Positions 62,111-64,000 of a DNA stretch of 64,000 bases are shown piece after piece (the first letter of the stretch is position 1; every line of letters starts with the position of its first letter). Origin of the DNA: an uncultured Gammaproteobacteria bacterium. GTDB taxonomy: Bacteria > Pseudomonadota > Gammaproteobacteria > GCA-001735895. The notes under the pieces were generated by a model. The model did not search any database and was not told the origin of the DNA. It saw only the letters and a list, made by a program, of their open reading frames with translations. The position numbers were made by a program, and so were the translations under genes. The stretch spans positions 3,588 through 67,587 of the forward strand of contig CAWCBX010000007.1 of assembly GCA_963793595.1 (NCBI GenBank), given 5' to 3'.

Positions 62111-62194
62111 GGATTACCCGGGGGGTTTGTTTCGCTCTAATCATACCTTACTGGTTACGATATGAAAGCTTGTTAGGCAAGGAATCCTGCAAGC

Positions 62195-62226
62195 ATAAAA
62201 AAACCGGCTGGCGCCGGTTTTTTTAA
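62195..62226. terminator. Bidirectional intrinsic terminator after rpmG
   Basis: A7-AACCGGC-TGGC-GCCGGTT-T7. Confidence 0.85.
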
Positions 62227-62241
62227 TCAGCTGTGACAATC

Positions 62242-62397
62242 CTACTTGATTTTGGATTCTTTGTATTCGACGTGCTTGCGTACCACCGGGTCATACTTCT
62301 TGAACACCAGTTTGTCAGGGGTATTCTTTTTGTTCTTGTCGGTGGTGTAGTAATGGCCGGTGCCCGCAGTTGAAACCAGTTTGATCAAATCTCTCAT
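62242..62397 (-). CDS. rpmG: 50S ribosomal protein L33
   Basis: My translation: [51 protein letters not shown] (51 aa, below the ORF-track cutoff). Confidence 0.95.
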   Translation of the reverse strand: MRDLIKLVSTAGTGHYYTTDKNKKNTPDKLVFKKYDPVVRKHVEYKESKIK

Positions 62398-62407
62398 GAC
62401 TTTACTC

Positions 62408-62644
62408 CTAGCACTTGATGCCGCGCTTGCGCATGTCAGCGATCACCGCGTCGATGCCGTTTTTGTCGATAATGCGCATGCCCTTGGTGGAGAGGCGCAA
62501 TTTAACCCAGCGGTTCTCGGTTTCGACCCAGAATTTGTGCGTATGCAGGTTGGGCAGAAAGCGACGACGCGTCCTGTTATTCGCATGTGACACATTGTTT
62601 CCGCTAACAGGTTTTTTACCTGTTACTTGACATACCCGGGACAT
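62408..62644 (-). CDS. rpmB: 50S ribosomal protein L28
   Basis: [33 protein letters not shown]. An internal Met of the longer ORF is used as the start. Confidence 0.96.
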   Translation of the reverse strand: MSRVCQVTGKKPVSGNNVSHANNRTRRRFLPNLHTHKFWVETENRWVKLRLSTKGMRIIDKNGIDAVIADMRKRGIKC

Positions 62645-62823
62645 GGTGGAACTCCGTTGAATTACGAGAATCGATTTAAGGGCGCGAACTCTACCAGAAG
62701 CATATCGAGGATTCAAGCTGCTTAAAGCCGTAATCTTTCGATTTTACAGGGATTTGGCGTTTCCTTTTAGCGCCCTCTACAGCTAAGATTGCAGCCTGCC
62801 AATCAACCCCGGATATTAGCTTG

Positions 62824-63183
62824 ATGGACATCGTTTTCATACATGACCTGCAAATAGAAACCGTGATCGGAATTTACGACTGGGAGCGCAAGATCAGGCA
62901 AACCATCAGCCTCGATATCGAAATGGCGACCGATATCAGCAAGGCTGCAAAAAGTGACAATATCGACGACACCTTAAGCTACAAAACCGTCGCCAAGCGC
63001 CTGATCGAATTTATCGAGGAGAGCGAATTTGAGCTGGTCGAAGCACTCGCCGAAAGAATTTGCGCAATAGTGATGGATGAGTTTGCCGTTCCCTGGGTGA
63101 AATTGACGCTGCACAAGCCCGGCGCAGTGCGTGGCTCCAAGTCGGTCGGAGTGATCATCGAACGTGGCGCCAGGCCGGCATGA
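62824..63183 (+). CDS. folB: Dihydroneopterin aldolase
   Basis: IGIYDWERKIRQ, TLSYKTVAKRL and KPGAV. Confidence 0.9.
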   Translation: MDIVFIHDLQIETVIGIYDWERKIRQTISLDIEMATDISKAAKSDNIDDTLSYKTVAKRLIEFIEESEFELVEALAERICAIVMDEFAVPWVKLTLHKPGAVRGSKSVGVIIERGARPA

Positions 63184-63674
63184 GTGCCCGCGTCTACGTG
63201 AGCCTGGGCAGCAATGTCGATCGTGAAGTCATGATTCGGCAGGCGGTCGAATTGCTGCGGACGCATTTAGGCAAGCTTGACCTGTCCCCGGTCTATGATT
63301 CAGCCGCAGTGGGTTTCGATGGCAGTAATTTTCTGAACCTGGTGGCGGGTTTGAGTACGAGCCTCGAAGTCGGGTCGGTAGTCGAGATATTTCGGGACAT
63401 CGAAGATCAACTGGGGCGCGATCGCAGCCTGCCCAAGTTTGCCAGTCGTCCGATCGATCTTGATATCCTGACCTTTGACGACCTGATTCTCGACGTGCCG
63501 GGAATACGCATACCGCGTGCGGAAATCCTGTACAACGCTTTCGTGTTAAAACCCTTGCAGGATATTGCCGGGGATCGTCTACACCCCGAAGTGGGAGAAA
63601 CCTATGCGGCGCTGTGGCAACGAATGGCTCCCAACGCGCCACGCCTGGATATTTATGCAATGCAGTTGCAGTGA
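63180..63674 (+). CDS. folK: 2-amino-4-hydroxy-6-hydroxymethyldihydropteridine pyrophosphokinase
   Basis: VSLGSNV, RPIDLDIL, PRAEI and FVLKPL. It shares an ATGA overlap with folB. Confidence 0.92.
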   Translation: MSARVYVSLGSNVDREVMIRQAVELLRTHLGKLDLSPVYDSAAVGFDGSNFLNLVAGLSTSLEVGSVVEIFRDIEDQLGRDRSLPKFASRPIDLDILTFDDLILDVPGIRIPRAEILYNAFVLKPLQDIAGDRLHPEVGETYAALWQRMAPNAPRLDIYAMQLQ

Positions 63675-63699
63675 TTTCGACCGTGGCGGGATTGGTGGG

Positions 63700-64000
63700 C
63701 TAAGCAAGAATTTTATGCAGGGTGGAGACCAGCGCGTCGCATTCGGGGTCGCTGCCGATCGAGATGCGCAGGCAGTTGTCGATGCGCGCCTTGTTGAAGT
63801 AGCGCACCAGGATACCGGCTGATTTCAAGTCATGGTAGAGCGTTGCGGCGGCGGTGCGGGCATGACGCACGAAGATGAAGTTGCTGCTCGATGGGAACAC
63901 TTCGAAACCCAGTTGTTGCAGCTCTGCGCGCAAGCGTTCGCGGCTCGCGATGACCTGCTGGCGGCATTGTTGAAAGTAGTCTTCGTCAGTGAGGGCAGCA
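63700..64000 (-). CDS. hisC: Histidinol-phosphate aminotransferase-like protein, C-terminal part (5' end outside the window)
   Basis: SSSNFIFVR...GILVRYF...CLRISIG resembles the HisC C-terminus. The reading frame stays open to the window edge. Confidence 0.65.
   Translation of the reverse strand, partial: AALTDEDYFQQCRQQVIASRERLRAELQQLGFEVFPSSSNFIFVRHARTAAATLYHDLKSAGILVRYFNKARIDNCLRISIGSDPECDALVSTLHKILA

Overview
This is a chromosomal segment of a gammaproteobacterium. Its gene content and order resemble Pseudomonas or marine Cellvibrionales/Oceanospirillales types. That placement rests on synteny recalled from memory, because no database search was possible.

Most of the window is housekeeping. 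It holds rpoD, dnaG, gltB, aroB/aroK, pilMNOPQ, ponA, hemE, gltD, a yqeY-like gene, rpsU, tsaD, plsY and bioH/bioC. It also holds an aa3-type cytochrome c oxidase cluster (SURF1, SCO-like, ctaB, coxB, coxA, cox11, coxC), a PAS-GGDEF-EAL protein and rpoH. The remainder is ftsYEX, rsmD, coaD, a YfhL-type ferredoxin, ggt, mutM, rpmB/rpmG, folB/folK and a partial hisC-like gene.

The first ~11 kb is a compositionally patchy, partly decayed accessory patch. It contains a twice-frameshifted aldehyde dehydrogenase, a fatty-acid-hydroxylase-family gene and a divergent PanB-like gene. It also contains an EamA transporter, a GC-rich flavin monooxygenase, a truncated LysR remnant and ~1.4 kb of non-coding debris.

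I found no CRISPR array, integrase, transposase, rRNA, toxin-antitoxin pair or recognisable defence system, so I cannot name a clear new system.

The signals that known features do not explain are:
1. A ~2.4 kb islet bounded by a tRNA(CAT) and a degenerate copy of that tRNA's 3' half. It carries an orphan DUF2800-like PD-(D/E)XK nuclease and a signal-peptide protein whose core is 26 perfect 9-bp repeats, (EKK)26.
2. Three tandem ~117-bp structured repeats between rpoD and the tRNA, with compensatory base changes in a conserved hairpin.
3. A rearranged core locus in which gltB is followed by dnaG-rpoD, while gltD-hemE is fused behind rpsU-yqeY.
4. A tightly overlapping seven-gene string (ABC-2 transporter, GldG-like, DUF4340, MipA, mutM, orphan CbbO/NorD-like vWA protein) inserted between rpmG and mutM.
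5. A 325-bp GC-rich structured spacer between the convergent ponA and hemE.

All functional calls come from motifs recognised by eye in the supplied translations.
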